The notes beneath the pieces are model-generated. The model did no database searches, was not told the origin of the DNA, and worked only from the letters and a program-made list of their open reading frames with translations. From NCBI GenBank assembly GCA_041611735.1, contig JBFIML010000020.1, forward strand, positions 1 to 64,000: 64,000 nt of DNA, written 5' to 3'. Both the position numbers and the translations under genes were made by a program. Numbering within the stretch: the stretch's first letter is position 1; each line of letters begins with the position of its first letter. This document shows positions 49,671 to 59,455 of this stretch, piece by piece. This DNA is from Myxococcota bacterium. Lineage in GTDB: Bacteria; Myxococcota_A; UBA9160; PR03.

Positions 49671-50825
49671 ATGAAGTTCGAGACGCTCGCCATCCACGCC
49701 GGCCAGGAACCCGACGCCGCCACCGGAGCCACCATCGTACCCGTCTACCAGACGGTGACCTACACGCTGGAGGGGGTCGGGAAGAGCCGGGGCTTCGAGT
49801 ACTCGCGCGGCGCCAACCCGACCCGCACTGCCCTGGAGACGTGCCTCGCGGCGCTCGAGGGCGGGCGTTTCGCCCTCGCCTACGGCTCCGGCATGGCGGC
49901 CATCGCCGGCGCCATGCAGGCCGTGCGGGCGGGCGATCACGTGGTGGTGGCCGACGACCTCTACGGGGGGACCTACCGTCTCTTCTCGCGGATCCTGCCG
50001 GACTACGGGGTTCGTTTCTCCTACGTGGACGCCACGCAGCCGGAGCAGGTCGCCAAGGCCCTCGAGCCGGGCACGCGCGTGGTCTGGATCGAGAGCCCGA
50101 CGAATCCGATGCTGCGGCTCGTCGACGTGGCGGCGTGCGCCACCGTGGCGCACCGGCAGGGGGCGCTCCTGGTGGTGGACAACACCTTCGCGACGCCTTA
50201 CCTGCAGAATCCCCTGTCCCTGGGCGCCGACCTGGTGGTGCACTCGACCACCAAGTACCTGGGTGGGCACTCGGACGTGATCGGCGGCGCCCTGGTGATG
50301 AACGACGAGGAGCTGTTCGCGAGGCTCAAGTTTGCCCAGAACGCCACGGGCGGCGTGCCGGGCCCCTGGGATGCGTGGCTCACCCTGCGCGGCGCAAAGA
50401 CCCTCGCGCTGCGCATGCGCCAGCACGAAGCGAACGCCGGGCACGTGGCGGAGTTGCTGCGCACGCGGACCGAGCTGGCGCGGGTACACTACCCGGGCTT
50501 CCCGGACCACCCGGGCCACGAGCTGGCGCGGCGGCAGATGCGCGGCTTCGGGGGCATGGTGACGGTGGAGCTGGCGGGGGGCGAGGCGGCGGCCCGGCGC
50601 CTGTGCGAGGCCACCCGGCTGTTCGCCCTGGGCGAGAGCCTGGGCGGGGTGGAGTCGCTGATCGGCCACCCCTGGACCATGAGCCACGCGGCCTTCCCCC
50701 CCGAGGAGAAGCGCCGCAAGGGGATCACCGAGGCGGTGGTGCGCCTCTCGGTGGGAATCGAGGACGCAGAGGACCTCTGCGCGGATCTCGTCCAGGCGCT
50801 CGAGCAGGCGGCACGCGCCGCATGA
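49671..50825 (+). CDS. Cystathionine gamma-synthase/lyase family PLP enzyme
   Basis: EYSRGANPT, ESPTNP, DNTFATP, STTKYLGGHSD, SLGGVESL. Confidence 0.94.
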   Translation: MKFETLAIHAGQEPDAATGATIVPVYQTVTYTLEGVGKSRGFEYSRGANPTRTALETCLAALEGGRFALAYGSGMAAIAGAMQAVRAGDHVVVADDLYGGTYRLFSRILPDYGVRFSYVDATQPEQVAKALEPGTRVVWIESPTNPMLRLVDVAACATVAHRQGALLVVDNTFATPYLQNPLSLGADLVVHSTTKYLGGHSDVIGGALVMNDEELFARLKFAQNATGGVPGPWDAWLTLRGAKTLALRMRQHEANAGHVAELLRTRTELARVHYPGFPDHPGHELARRQMRGFGGMVTVELAGGEAAARRLCEATRLFALGESLGGVESLIGHPWTMSHAAFPPEEKRRKGITEAVVRLSVGIEDAEDLCADLVQALEQAARAA

Positions 50826-51202
50826 AGCGCGCGGTGCTGCTGGTGGACCACGGCAGTCGTCGGGCGGAGGCAAACCGGACCCTGGACGAGATGGCGGAGC
50901 TGGTGCGGGCGCGCCGCCCCGACTGGATCGTCCAGGTCGCCCACATGGAGCTGGCTTCGCCCGGCATCGCCGAGGGACTGGCCGCCTGCCTGGCCAAGGG
51001 GGCCCACGAGGTGGTGGTGCATCCCTACTTCCTGGCGCCCGGACGCCACAGTACCCGCGACATCCCGCGGATGGTTCGCGAGGCGGCTGCCAGCCATCCC
51101 GGCCTGGGCGCCCTGCGCGTACGGGTGAGTGAGCCGCTCGGCTCGCACCCGGCCCTGGTGGACGCGATCCTCGACCGCGTCGATGCACCGGAAGACCCGT
51201 AG
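50822..51202 (+). CDS. Single-domain CbiX/SirB chelatase
   Basis: VDHGSR, AHMELASP, PYFLAPGRH, EPLG. Confidence 0.88.
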   Translation: MKRAVLLVDHGSRRAEANRTLDEMAELVRARRPDWIVQVAHMELASPGIAEGLAACLAKGAHEVVVHPYFLAPGRHSTRDIPRMVREAAASHPGLGALRVRVSEPLGSHPALVDAILDRVDAPEDP

Positions 51203-51216
51203 GCGCGGGCCCCCGC

Positions 51217-52149
51217 GTGCTCGCGCGCGCCACGGCCGGGTTCCCCCTCTGGGCGTTGCTCGCCGCCCTGGCGGCAGCCGTGGCGCCGGGTCCCTTCTCG
51301 GCCCTGCGCGGCGCCATCGCGCCGCTGCTCGGCATCGTGATGCTCGGGATGGGCATGACCCTCGAGGCGCGCGACTTCGCGCGCGTGCTCGAGCGGCCCG
51401 CCGCAGTCTTCCTCGGGGTGACCCTCCAGTACGCGATCATGCCCTTCGCCGGTTGGGTGGTGGGCCTGGCCCTCGGCCTCGCTCCGGAGCTCGCTGCGGG
51501 CGTGGTGCTGGTCGGGAGCTGCCCGGGCGGCACCGCCTCGAACGTGGTCTGCTACCTGGCCCGCGGCGACGTGGCGCTATCCATCACCCTCACCACGCTC
51601 TCGACGCTGCTGGCGGTGGGCGCCACGCCGGCCCTCACCTGGATCTATGTGGGCCAGCGTGTGGACGTGCCGGTCCTCGAGATGCTGCGGAGCATCGCCG
51701 CCGTCGTGGTGCTCCCGGTGGTGGCCGGGGTCGCGGTGAACACCCTTTGGGGACGTCGGCTCGAGGCCGTGAAGCACCTGTTCCCGCTCCTCTCCGTCGC
51801 GGCCATCGTGCTGATCATCGCCATCGTCGTGGCGCTCAACCACGCCCGGCTCGATGCCCTGCTGGCACCGGTGGCCGTTGCGGTGGTGCTCCACAACGGG
51901 CTCGGCCTCGCCCTCGGCTACGGAGCCGCCCGGGCCCTGGGCCGCTCCGAGAGCGAACGGCGCACCCTGGCCATCGAGGTCGGCATGCAGAATTCGGGTC
52001 TCGGCGTGGCCCTGGCGAGTGCCCACCTCTCTCCCGCGGCGGCGCTGCCGGGAGCGCTCTTCAGCGTGTGGCACAACCTCTCGGGGGCCCTGCTGGCGAG
52101 CTGGTGGTCGCGACGCCCGGCATCCGGGGAGGACGGCGCTCGTGTATGA
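51217..52149 (+). CDS. Bile acid:sodium symporter family transporter
   Basis: MLGMGMTL, CPGGTASNV, HNGLG, IEVGMQNSGL. Confidence 0.93.
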   Translation: MLARATAGFPLWALLAALAAAVAPGPFSALRGAIAPLLGIVMLGMGMTLEARDFARVLERPAAVFLGVTLQYAIMPFAGWVVGLALGLAPELAAGVVLVGSCPGGTASNVVCYLARGDVALSITLTTLSTLLAVGATPALTWIYVGQRVDVPVLEMLRSIAAVVVLPVVAGVAVNTLWGRRLEAVKHLFPLLSVAAIVLIIAIVVALNHARLDALLAPVAVAVVLHNGLGLALGYGAARALGRSESERRTLAIEVGMQNSGLGVALASAHLSPAAALPGALFSVWHNLSGALLASWWSRRPASGEDGARV

Positions 52150-52228
52150 TGCAACTGGCATCGGGGAGGGCTTGCTTGCGCCGAGGTCGCCCGACGGCAC
52201 AGGACGCCGGCATCGGGTGCGCCGCGCC

Positions 52229-52666
52229 GTGACCCCGGGCCCGCGACGTCGCGACGGCTGGTTCTGGCTGCTCGCGGGCCTGGCGCTGCTCGGCGCCGTC
52301 AACGCCGCCTCCATGCTGCTCTCCCCGCAACGCTGGTACCACGAGGCGCCGGCCGCGGTGCCGGACTTCGGACCCTACAACGAGCACTTCGTGCGCGACG
52401 TGGGCTGCGCGTTCCTGACCGTGGCCGTCGCCCTCGGGTGGGCGGCGCTGCGGCCCGCCTGGCGGTTGCCGCTGGTCGGCACGGCCGCCGTCTTCCTGGT
52501 CGCCCATGCGGTCCTGCACGCCTACGACACCCTGCGCGGCTACGTGGCCGCGGACCACTGGTGGATCGACGTGCCTGGGGTCTACGCACCGGCCGTGCTC
52601 CTCGTGGTCCTGGTGCTGCGGCTGACGCGCCGTCCGCAGCAGCAGCCTGGCGAGACTCCGGGCTAG
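52229..52666 (+). CDS. Four-TM membrane protein
   Basis: GPYNEHFVRDVG motif; hydrophobic segments; start uncertain. Confidence 0.7.
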   Translation: MTPGPRRRDGWFWLLAGLALLGAVNAASMLLSPQRWYHEAPAAVPDFGPYNEHFVRDVGCAFLTVAVALGWAALRPAWRLPLVGTAAVFLVAHAVLHAYDTLRGYVAADHWWIDVPGVYAPAVLLVVLVLRLTRRPQQQPGETPG

Positions 52667-52672
52667 CTCTGG

Positions 52673-53332
52673 CTAGTCCGTCGACGCGAACAGCCGGCGG
52701 CGAACGCTCGGGTGGGCGAGCGGCAGGAGCGCGGCGATCCCAAGCAGCAGCGTGGCCACGTAGAAGCGGGGCGTCCCGGGGGCGAGCAGCGTCGAGCCGA
52801 AGAAGGAATAGGCGAAGGCGCGCAGCGGTGCGCCCACGGCCACCGCCACCAGGAACGGGAACGCCGCGAGCGTCGAGAAGCCCGACGCCCAGTGCACGGG
52901 CCCCATCGGCCCGGTCGGGTAGGCGGTGGCGAGACCCACCAGGAAGGGGCCCGCCGTCTCGACCCGGCGCTCGAGGGCGCGCATGGCCTGACCGTAGCGC
53001 GGGCGCAGCCAATCACGCCCGATGCCACGCCCGACACCGAACTTGAGCGCGGCCGAGAGCAGGATGCCGAGGGCACCGAAGGTGGTGCCGAGGGCGGTGC
53101 CGAAGCAGACACCCCCCGCCGAGAGGACCACGACCGAGGGCATCAGGAGGAAGTGGCGGAACACGACCAGCGCCACGAAGACGGCGGGGGCCTTCCAGCC
53201 CAGGCCGGAGATGGCCTGCTGGATCGAGTTGGCCTCGAACTCGATGCCCAGCCGCCCGCGCACGACGCCGCCCGCCACGAACAATCCGACCACCAGCAGC
53301 AGCAGGAGGAAGGGCAGCCGGTGACGGTGCAT
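52673..53332 (-). CDS. TVP38/TMEM64 (VTT domain) membrane protein
   Basis: AGGVCFG..LG, FGVGR, YSFFGS pattern. Confidence 0.78.
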   Translation of the reverse strand: MHRHRLPFLLLLLVVGLFVAGGVVRGRLGIEFEANSIQQAISGLGWKAPAVFVALVVFRHFLLMPSVVVLSAGGVCFGTALGTTFGALGILLSAALKFGVGRGIGRDWLRPRYGQAMRALERRVETAGPFLVGLATAYPTGPMGPVHWASGFSTLAAFPFLVAVAVGAPLRAFAYSFFGSTLLAPGTPRFYVATLLLGIAALLPLAHPSVRRRLFASTD

Positions 53333-53342
53333 GGGCGAGAGG

Positions 53343-54149
53343 CTAGCCGAAGGGAGTGGGGAACAGGCCGAAGCCACCGTCCACCCCGAACACCTGACCC
53401 GTCACGTGGCGCGACTGCTCCGAGGCCAGGAAGACCACCACGTCGGCGACATCTTCGGGCTCCGCGAGACGCTTGAGGGGTGTCCACGCCGCCAGGCGCC
53501 GCTCCGGCTCGGCTTCGAGCCAGCCGGTTCGTACCGGGCCGGGCCGCACCGCGTTCACGGTGATGCCGAAGCGGCCCAGTTCCACCGCAGCGGCGCGGGT
53601 CACCGATTCGAGGGCGGCCTTGCTAGCCCCGTAGGAGACCTCGTCCGGGAAGCCGTCGGCGCCCCCGGTGCTCACGTTGACGATGCGTCCCCAGCGCGCC
53701 CCGTGCTCGATGTGTCGCCGGGCAAACTCCGCCACGAGCAAGGCGGGCGCGCGCGCGTTCACCGCCTGATGCAGGTCCCAGCTCGCCGCGTCGAGGGTGC
53801 GCAGCCGGCGGCCCAGGTTGTCGCGCGTCCGCAGGCCCGCCGGCACGAAGCTGTCGCCAGCCCAGGCGGCTGCGTTGTTCACCAGGACCGAGACCGGGCC
53901 GAGGGTCTCCTCGGCCTTGGTGAAGAGCCGCACCGGCGCCGCCGCGTCCGCCAGCTCCACCTCCTCGGCGACGGCCAGGCCGCCGCGGTCCGCGGTCCAT
54001 TCCACCAGCGCGTCGCCGGGGGGGTCGCCGTGCCAGGCGAGCAAGAGCGACGCCCCTTCGGCAGCCAGGGCCCGGGCGATGGCGGCACCGATACCCCGGT
54101 TGGCGCCGGTCACGAGAGCTACGCGCCCCTTGAGTCCGGCGTCGATCAC
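53343..54149 (-). CDS. SDR family oxidoreductase
   Basis: VTGANRGIG, LVNNA, YGASK, GITVNAVRPG. Confidence 0.92.
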   Translation of the reverse strand: MIDAGLKGRVALVTGANRGIGAAIARALAAEGASLLLAWHGDPPGDALVEWTADRGGLAVAEEVELADAAAPVRLFTKAEETLGPVSVLVNNAAAWAGDSFVPAGLRTRDNLGRRLRTLDAASWDLHQAVNARAPALLVAEFARRHIEHGARWGRIVNVSTGGADGFPDEVSYGASKAALESVTRAAAVELGRFGITVNAVRPGPVRTGWLEAEPERRLAAWTPLKRLAEPEDVADVVVFLASEQSRHVTGQVFGVDGGFGLFPTPFG

Positions 54150-54451
54150 GAGGCATCTCCCGCGCCGCTCTCCTCCTGGAAGCGCAGCTCGAGGGACTTC
54201 CAGCGTGCGAAGGCCGACAGCGCGCCTCCCGCCGAGAAGAGCAGGAGCGCGCCGAGCAGCCGGGCGTGGAAGCCGCGTGAGACGAGCATCCCCATGCCGA
54301 GCTCGCCCTGAAAGGCCTGGATGAGCAGCACCGTGGCGATCGCCATGGGCACGCCGCGCGCCATCACGCCGTTCCAGAGCAGGAAGCGCGCCCGGCCACG
54401 CGCCCGGATGCGCTCCCATTCGGCCCGCGACGCGTGCCTTCGCTCCGTCAC
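54146..54451 (-). CDS. Small membrane protein
   Basis: W..IRARGRARF..NGV; two TM segments; GTGA overlaps with both neighbours. Confidence 0.6.
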   Translation of the reverse strand: MTERRHASRAEWERIRARGRARFLLWNGVMARGVPMAIATVLLIQAFQGELGMGMLVSRGFHARLLGALLLFSAGGALSAFARWKSLELRFQEESGAGDAS

Positions 54452-56154
54452 GGTCGCCTTCCCGGCCTTGCCCGAGCCCGCGTGGCGGTCGCTCCCGAGC
54501 GACGCGCGCTCTCGCGGATGTAGCGGCGCGTGATGGGCGAGAGGTCGTCGGGCGGCACCCGGCACTCGATCAGGACGAAGTCGCGGATCTCATGGGCAGC
54601 GCGCAGTGCCTCGCGCAGCTCGGCGCGCGTCTCGGCCCGGAAGCCCACCCCGTCCCACGCCTGCGCCAGATCCGCGTACGGCCAGGGCGGCAGCTCCAGC
54701 AGATCCTTGCGCGGCGAGACGGGACGGAAGATCTGCCAGCCCGAGTTGTTGATCAACACCACCACGGGCGAGAGCCCATGTCGTGGGGCGTGGGAGATCT
54801 CGGCTCCCGTCATCTGGAAGCCGCCGTCGCCGCAGAGCACCAGCGGACGCACGCCGGTCCCGATCTGAGCCCCGAGTGCCGCCGGAACCGCAAAGCCCAT
54901 CGAGGCATAGAATCCCTGGGCGAAGTAGAGCCCACCGCCGTGCAGACGAAGCTCGAGACCTCCGAACAGCATGTCCCCGGACTCGGCGAAGACGTGATAG
55001 CCCTTGTTGGCCGCCAGGAAGTCGTTCACCTCGAGCAGGAGGTCGTTGACCGACAGCCGCCTCGCCTCGCGCCGACCGGTCCGCGGGCGAGCACGCCTCA
55101 GGTTGTCGTGGTAGGTGACCTTCTCGCGAAAACGGGGCAGGCGCTCAGCGGCGAGCGCCGCCACGAAGTCGCGAAGCATGACCTCCGTGTAGGTGTGGAA
55201 CGACACGTTCACGCGGCCGTACAGGGCCCAGACGGCGCGCTCGCGGCGCACCTGGGGACGGGCTGCCCCCAGGTTCATGTCCGTGAGCTCCGTGCCGAGC
55301 GCGAGCACGAGGTCCGCCTGGCGCACGCGCTTCTGGATGGCGGGCGGGCTGAATGGGCCGATGTGGATGCCCATGTGCAGGGGATGGTCCATGGGAAAGA
55401 CACCCTTGGCCAGGACCGTCGTGACCACGGGGATGCGGAGCTTCTCGGCGAGGGCGAGGAAGTCGCGCTCGGCCTTCTCCCGGAAGAGTTCGACCCCGCC
55501 GAAGAGGATGGGTCGGCGGGCTGCACGCACGCGGGCCACGCTGTCGGCCACCGCCTCGGCGAGCTTGCGCGGGTCCGAAGCGGCGGGACGGAACGTACCG
55601 TCCCAGTCGAGGATGGGCTTCGGGACCGGGATCTCCCGATCTACCATGTCACGGTGGATCTCCAGGTAGCCGGGCCGATGCTGGGTCTGGATCGCCCGGA
55701 CCACCTCGTGGATCTCCTCGGCGGCCCGTTCGGGCTGGCGCAGCACGCGGGCGTCGCAGGTGACCTCCTGGAACATACGCCACTGGCTGAGCACGTCCTT
55801 GGCCTGGTGGTGGATGCCACTGAGCTTCTGTTCCGCGTCGCCGGGACCGCCGGAGACCACCAGGAGCGGAACCTGCTCGGCATAGGCTCCCGCCACGGGG
55901 TTCAGGACGTTGTGCCCCCCGGCGCCATAGGTCACGCACAAGACGCCCAGACGTCGCGTACTGCGCGCATAGCCGTCGGTGGCGAAGCCGACCCCGGGCT
56001 CGTGGGAGAGCGTCACGATTTCGAGACCCCGCTCGCGCCCGAAGCGGTGGAAGAGCCCGAGCACCAGGTCGCCGGGCAGACCGAACAGATGAGTCACGCC
56101 CGCACGCTTCAGGTACGCGACCAGGAAGTCGCCGAGCGCCATGCGCGCCCGCAT
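54448..56154 (-). CDS. Thiamine-PP-dependent indolepyruvate/phenylpyruvate decarboxylase
   Basis: FGLPGD, SHEP, TYGAG, YASMGF, GDGGFQMTG...NN. Confidence 0.88.
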   Translation of the reverse strand: MRARMALGDFLVAYLKRAGVTHLFGLPGDLVLGLFHRFGRERGLEIVTLSHEPGVGFATDGYARSTRRLGVLCVTYGAGGHNVLNPVAGAYAEQVPLLVVSGGPGDAEQKLSGIHHQAKDVLSQWRMFQEVTCDARVLRQPERAAEEIHEVVRAIQTQHRPGYLEIHRDMVDREIPVPKPILDWDGTFRPAASDPRKLAEAVADSVARVRAARRPILFGGVELFREKAERDFLALAEKLRIPVVTTVLAKGVFPMDHPLHMGIHIGPFSPPAIQKRVRQADLVLALGTELTDMNLGAARPQVRRERAVWALYGRVNVSFHTYTEVMLRDFVAALAAERLPRFREKVTYHDNLRRARPRTGRREARRLSVNDLLLEVNDFLAANKGYHVFAESGDMLFGGLELRLHGGGLYFAQGFYASMGFAVPAALGAQIGTGVRPLVLCGDGGFQMTGAEISHAPRHGLSPVVVLINNSGWQIFRPVSPRKDLLELPPWPYADLAQAWDGVGFRAETRAELREALRAAHEIRDFVLIECRVPPDDLSPITRRYIRESARRSGATATRARARPGRRP

Positions 56155-56173
56155 GCTGGAACGTCTGCGGCCC

Positions 56174-56749
56174 TCAGCCGCCATGGGGGCCGTCCTGCCC
56201 GGTGAGTCCGGCCGCCAGCTCGAACCAGTGCAGGGCGGCGACGACCAGGGCGTGGCTGATCTCGCCGCGGCGCAGGCGCCCGCGCAGCTCGCGCACCGGC
56301 ACGAGCTCCACGGCCGTCTCCTCGGAGCCTTCGTTGGAAACCGGACCGACGGGACGCGCCTCGCGGGCCCAGAAGGTGTGTACCTGATTGTCGAACAAGG
56401 CGGGATTCGGGTTCAGGACGCCGATCGGGTGCAACGCCCCCGCCGCGTAGCCGGTCTCCTCGCGAAGCTCCCGGCGGGCCGCAGCGAGGGGACTCTCGCC
56501 GGTGTCCACGATCCCGCCCGGGATCTCGAGGGTGAGCTCGCGAGCGCCGTGGCGCCACTGGCGCACCATGACCACGCGTCCGTCCGGCGTCACGGGAACC
56601 ACGTTCACCCAGTCCTCTGCCTCGAGCAGGTGGAAGGCATGGACGTGACCCGTGCGCGGGGATCGCGCCAACGTGCGCCGCACGCGAAAGACAGAGCAGT
56701 CCTGGACGTCCTGCGCCTCCAGCACGGTCCACGGACGCGGAAGGGACAT
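56174..56749 (-). CDS. NUDIX hydrolase (ADP-ribose pyrophosphatase-like)
   Basis: EIPGG..DTGE..AARRELREETG. Confidence 0.92.
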   Translation of the reverse strand: MSLPRPWTVLEAQDVQDCSVFRVRRTLARSPRTGHVHAFHLLEAEDWVNVVPVTPDGRVVMVRQWRHGARELTLEIPGGIVDTGESPLAAARRELREETGYAAGALHPIGVLNPNPALFDNQVHTFWAREARPVGPVSNEGSEETAVELVPVRELRGRLRRGEISHALVVAALHWFELAAGLTGQDGPHGG

Positions 56750-56791
56750 CGAGTGCCAGCGTAGCACGCCCGGCGAACGCCCTCGGGCGCT

Positions 56792-57346
56792 TCAGCGCAC
56801 CTGATCGATCAGGATCGTGACGTCGACTGCACCGGGCTGCACGGTTCCAGGGAGCGCCCCCTGGAGATCTCCCGGTGTACGCGTGCTCGCATTGCCGTCG
56901 GCGTCCAGGCGGGCACTGAGCCGCAAGGGACCCTCGAACGGCATCGTCTCGATCATGCGATCACCCGGACCGAGCTCGAAGGACAGTGGAAAGCGCGGCC
57001 CGGCGACGCGCTTCACGGCGAGCGGTGGACCGTCGCCATCACGACGGGCGATCAGGAACAGGACGGCCCCCTCGGGCACCCGCTCCGCCAGTTCCGGCGC
57101 GAGGGCCACGGTGCCGCGCACCGGAGCCTCCGCCTCGGCGCCCACCGGCGGCGCCCCACGCCGTCCTCCGGGCATCGGTCCGCCGCCCTCCTCGGGGGTC
57201 GGGTCGGTCCCCGACCGCTCCGGGAAGATGCGAGAGAGGTCCGGGGCTTCGGACCGCTCCCCGGTCACGTACGGCTCGACGTTGCGATCGCATGCCAGGG
57301 CGAGGGCCAGGGCCCCGGCCAGGAGAGCGATGGGGATACGGAACAT
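56792..57346 (-). CDS. Lipoprotein resembling the CcmI/CycH C-terminal domain
   Basis: Lipobox ALAC; VLFLIAR..GPPLAVKR..FPLSFEL..ARLD.DG.A..PGDL. Confidence 0.7.
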   Translation of the reverse strand: MFRIPIALLAGALALALACDRNVEPYVTGERSEAPDLSRIFPERSGTDPTPEEGGGPMPGGRRGAPPVGAEAEAPVRGTVALAPELAERVPEGAVLFLIARRDGDGPPLAVKRVAGPRFPLSFELGPGDRMIETMPFEGPLRLSARLDADGNASTRTPGDLQGALPGTVQPGAVDVTILIDQVR

Positions 57347-57560
57347 GGCGGAACCGACGGTAGCGCCCGGGGCCCCGCCGCGCGCAGCCAGGCCTGGCTG
57401 AGCGAAGGTCGACAGCCCCAGGAACGAGAGCGCCCCGGGGCCGCTCGGGCCGCCGGGGCGCGTCGTCCGAGCCCCCACCCCCCTGCTGGAGGACTCGGAT
57501 ACCCTGTCGATCGGCAACTCCAGCGGATTCTTGAGCCCCCACGGCCGAGGAGGCCCGTCC

Positions 57561-58589
57561 TTGCACGCGCCCGTGCCCCTGGACGAAGCCAGCCTGCCCG
57601 GCTTCCTGCGCCGGGCCGGCCTCCTGGCAGACGGGACCCGGGTGGCGGTCGAGCCGGCCGGGGACGGCAACATCAACTGGGTCCGCCGCGTCCGCGCCGG
57701 CGACGGACGATCGTGGATCGTGAAGCAGGCCCGCCCGGCCCTGGAGCGTTTCCCCGAGTACCGGGTCACCCCGGATCGCATCCTCTTCGAGGCGCGCTAC
57801 TACGAGACGGTGCGACCCTGGGACGACGAGAAGGTCCTCCCCGAGGTCCTGCACTTCGATGGCGACGCCCGGGTGCTCGTACTGGAGGACCTCGGCCCGG
57901 TCACCCGCCTCGACCACGCCCTCCTGGCGGGCTCCGATGGCCGGGCCCCGGTCCGCCGGCTAGCCCGCTTCCTGGGTCGGGTGCACGCCGCGAGCGCCGA
58001 AGCGGGCCTGGCAGGTCGCTTCGAGAACCACGAGATGCGGCGCCTGCACGGCGACCACATCTTCGACCTCCCCTTCCACCCCAACGACTTCCCCCTGCCG
58101 CCCCAGCTGCGCTGCCGGGCCGAGGCGCTCTGGCAGGACCGCGAGCTCGTCGAGCTCGCCGCCGCCGCCTACCAGCGCTATGCCACCGGTCCGGAGGGCG
58201 TTCTCGTGCACGCCGACGTCCAGGCCGGCAACGTGCTGCTCGCGCCCCGGGCGAAGCTGCTCGACGCCGAGATCGCCCACGTGGGGGACGCGGCCTTCGA
58301 CCTCGGCACGCTGCTGGCCCACGTGCTGCTGCCGGCCTGTGCCCGCGGGAGCCTGGCGGCCGCCCGCTCCACGGCCGCGCAGGCCTGGGAGGCCTACCGC
58401 GAAGCCTGGCCGGCGGGTCCGCCCTTCGCGGACGTGGCTCGCTACGCAGGCATCGAGATGGTTCGCCGCAGCGTGGGCGCCGCGCGGGTCGCCGCCGTGG
58501 AGGCCCAGGAGCCTGCGCTGGCCGCCTTGGGGCTCGGTACGTCGCTGATCCGCAATCCGCCGAGGGATCCTCGCCAGCTCGGTGGCTAA
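57561..58589 (+). CDS. Methylthioribose kinase-like phosphotransferase (APH fold)
   Basis: GDGNINWV, VKQA.P, HAD..AGN, DAE...GD..FDLG; GAGGAGG SD before TTG. Confidence 0.75.
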   Translation: MHAPVPLDEASLPGFLRRAGLLADGTRVAVEPAGDGNINWVRRVRAGDGRSWIVKQARPALERFPEYRVTPDRILFEARYYETVRPWDDEKVLPEVLHFDGDARVLVLEDLGPVTRLDHALLAGSDGRAPVRRLARFLGRVHAASAEAGLAGRFENHEMRRLHGDHIFDLPFHPNDFPLPPQLRCRAEALWQDRELVELAAAAYQRYATGPEGVLVHADVQAGNVLLAPRAKLLDAEIAHVGDAAFDLGTLLAHVLLPACARGSLAAARSTAAQAWEAYREAWPAGPPFADVARYAGIEMVRRSVGAARVAAVEAQEPALAALGLGTSLIRNPPRDPRQLGG

Positions 58590-59455
58590 CGGCCCGCCCT
58601 CTGCGTCTCCGGTGTGACGGGAGGCTCGTCGTCCTCCGCCCAGCGGATGCGCTCGTAGTCGAAGCCGTCTGCCACCACGTTGAACTTCACCACCTCGAAG
58701 TACGGCGAGAGGTCGAAGTCCCGGGGCGTCAGCAACGTCGGGTGCCGCATGCGGAAGATGCCGGTGTAGGTCGGACTCTCGTGACCAAAGACGCGGCGCA
58801 GGACACCGCGCCGCGGCAGGTGGGGCGAGCGGCGCCCCTCCGGGTAGCTCACGATGGGGAGGATCGGGAAACGCACCTGCTGGAACAGACGCCCGATCAG
58901 GCCCGAGCAGATCACCTCCGTGATCTGGCCGCTGCCGAAGTGGAGAGCGGTGCGCCGCCAGCGGTTCGGCACCATGGAGACGGGGATCAGGTAGCGCGCG
59001 AGGTCGAAGAGATGACGCAGGTCGTAGCGCCAGCCCATCGCCGCCACCGCCTCGTCCATGATGCGCTGCCGGTGCTCGTGGCGCAGCTTTCGGGGGCGGC
59101 AGACGCGCAGATTGAAGTCCACGTACTTGAGGAGGGGCGCGGCCACGACTCCCTCCGGCAAGGCCTCGACCACCAGGTGGGCCGCCTCCTCCCCGAACTG
59201 CTCGAGAGCCTGCTCCCGCAGATCGCCGCCCCGCACCAGCAGCTCGTCCCCGATGTAGAGCGCTGCGTGCGACCAGCAGCTCTGGGTCAGATACTTGATG
59301 ATTGCGGAGACGCGCTGGTCTCCCTCCACCAGCACCACGTCGCCCTTCTGGACGCGGCCGCACAGGGAGTCCGGGTCGTTCCAACCCCGGCGCTCGTAGT
59401 GCGGGAGCGGCTGGGTCAGGTAGGACACCATCTGCCGTACCAGCCAGCGCCTCAT
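58586..59455 (-). CDS. Permuted papain-like amidase (YiiX/YaeF, NlpC/P60)
   Basis: GDVVLV, WSHAALY, YD, ICS, PRDFD. Confidence 0.82.
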   Translation of the reverse strand: MRRWLVRQMVSYLTQPLPHYERRGWNDPDSLCGRVQKGDVVLVEGDQRVSAIIKYLTQSCWSHAALYIGDELLVRGGDLREQALEQFGEEAAHLVVEALPEGVVAAPLLKYVDFNLRVCRPRKLRHEHRQRIMDEAVAAMGWRYDLRHLFDLARYLIPVSMVPNRWRRTALHFGSGQITEVICSGLIGRLFQQVRFPILPIVSYPEGRRSPHLPRRGVLRRVFGHESPTYTGIFRMRHPTLLTPRDFDLSPYFEVVKFNVVADGFDYERIRWAEDDEPPVTPETQRAGR

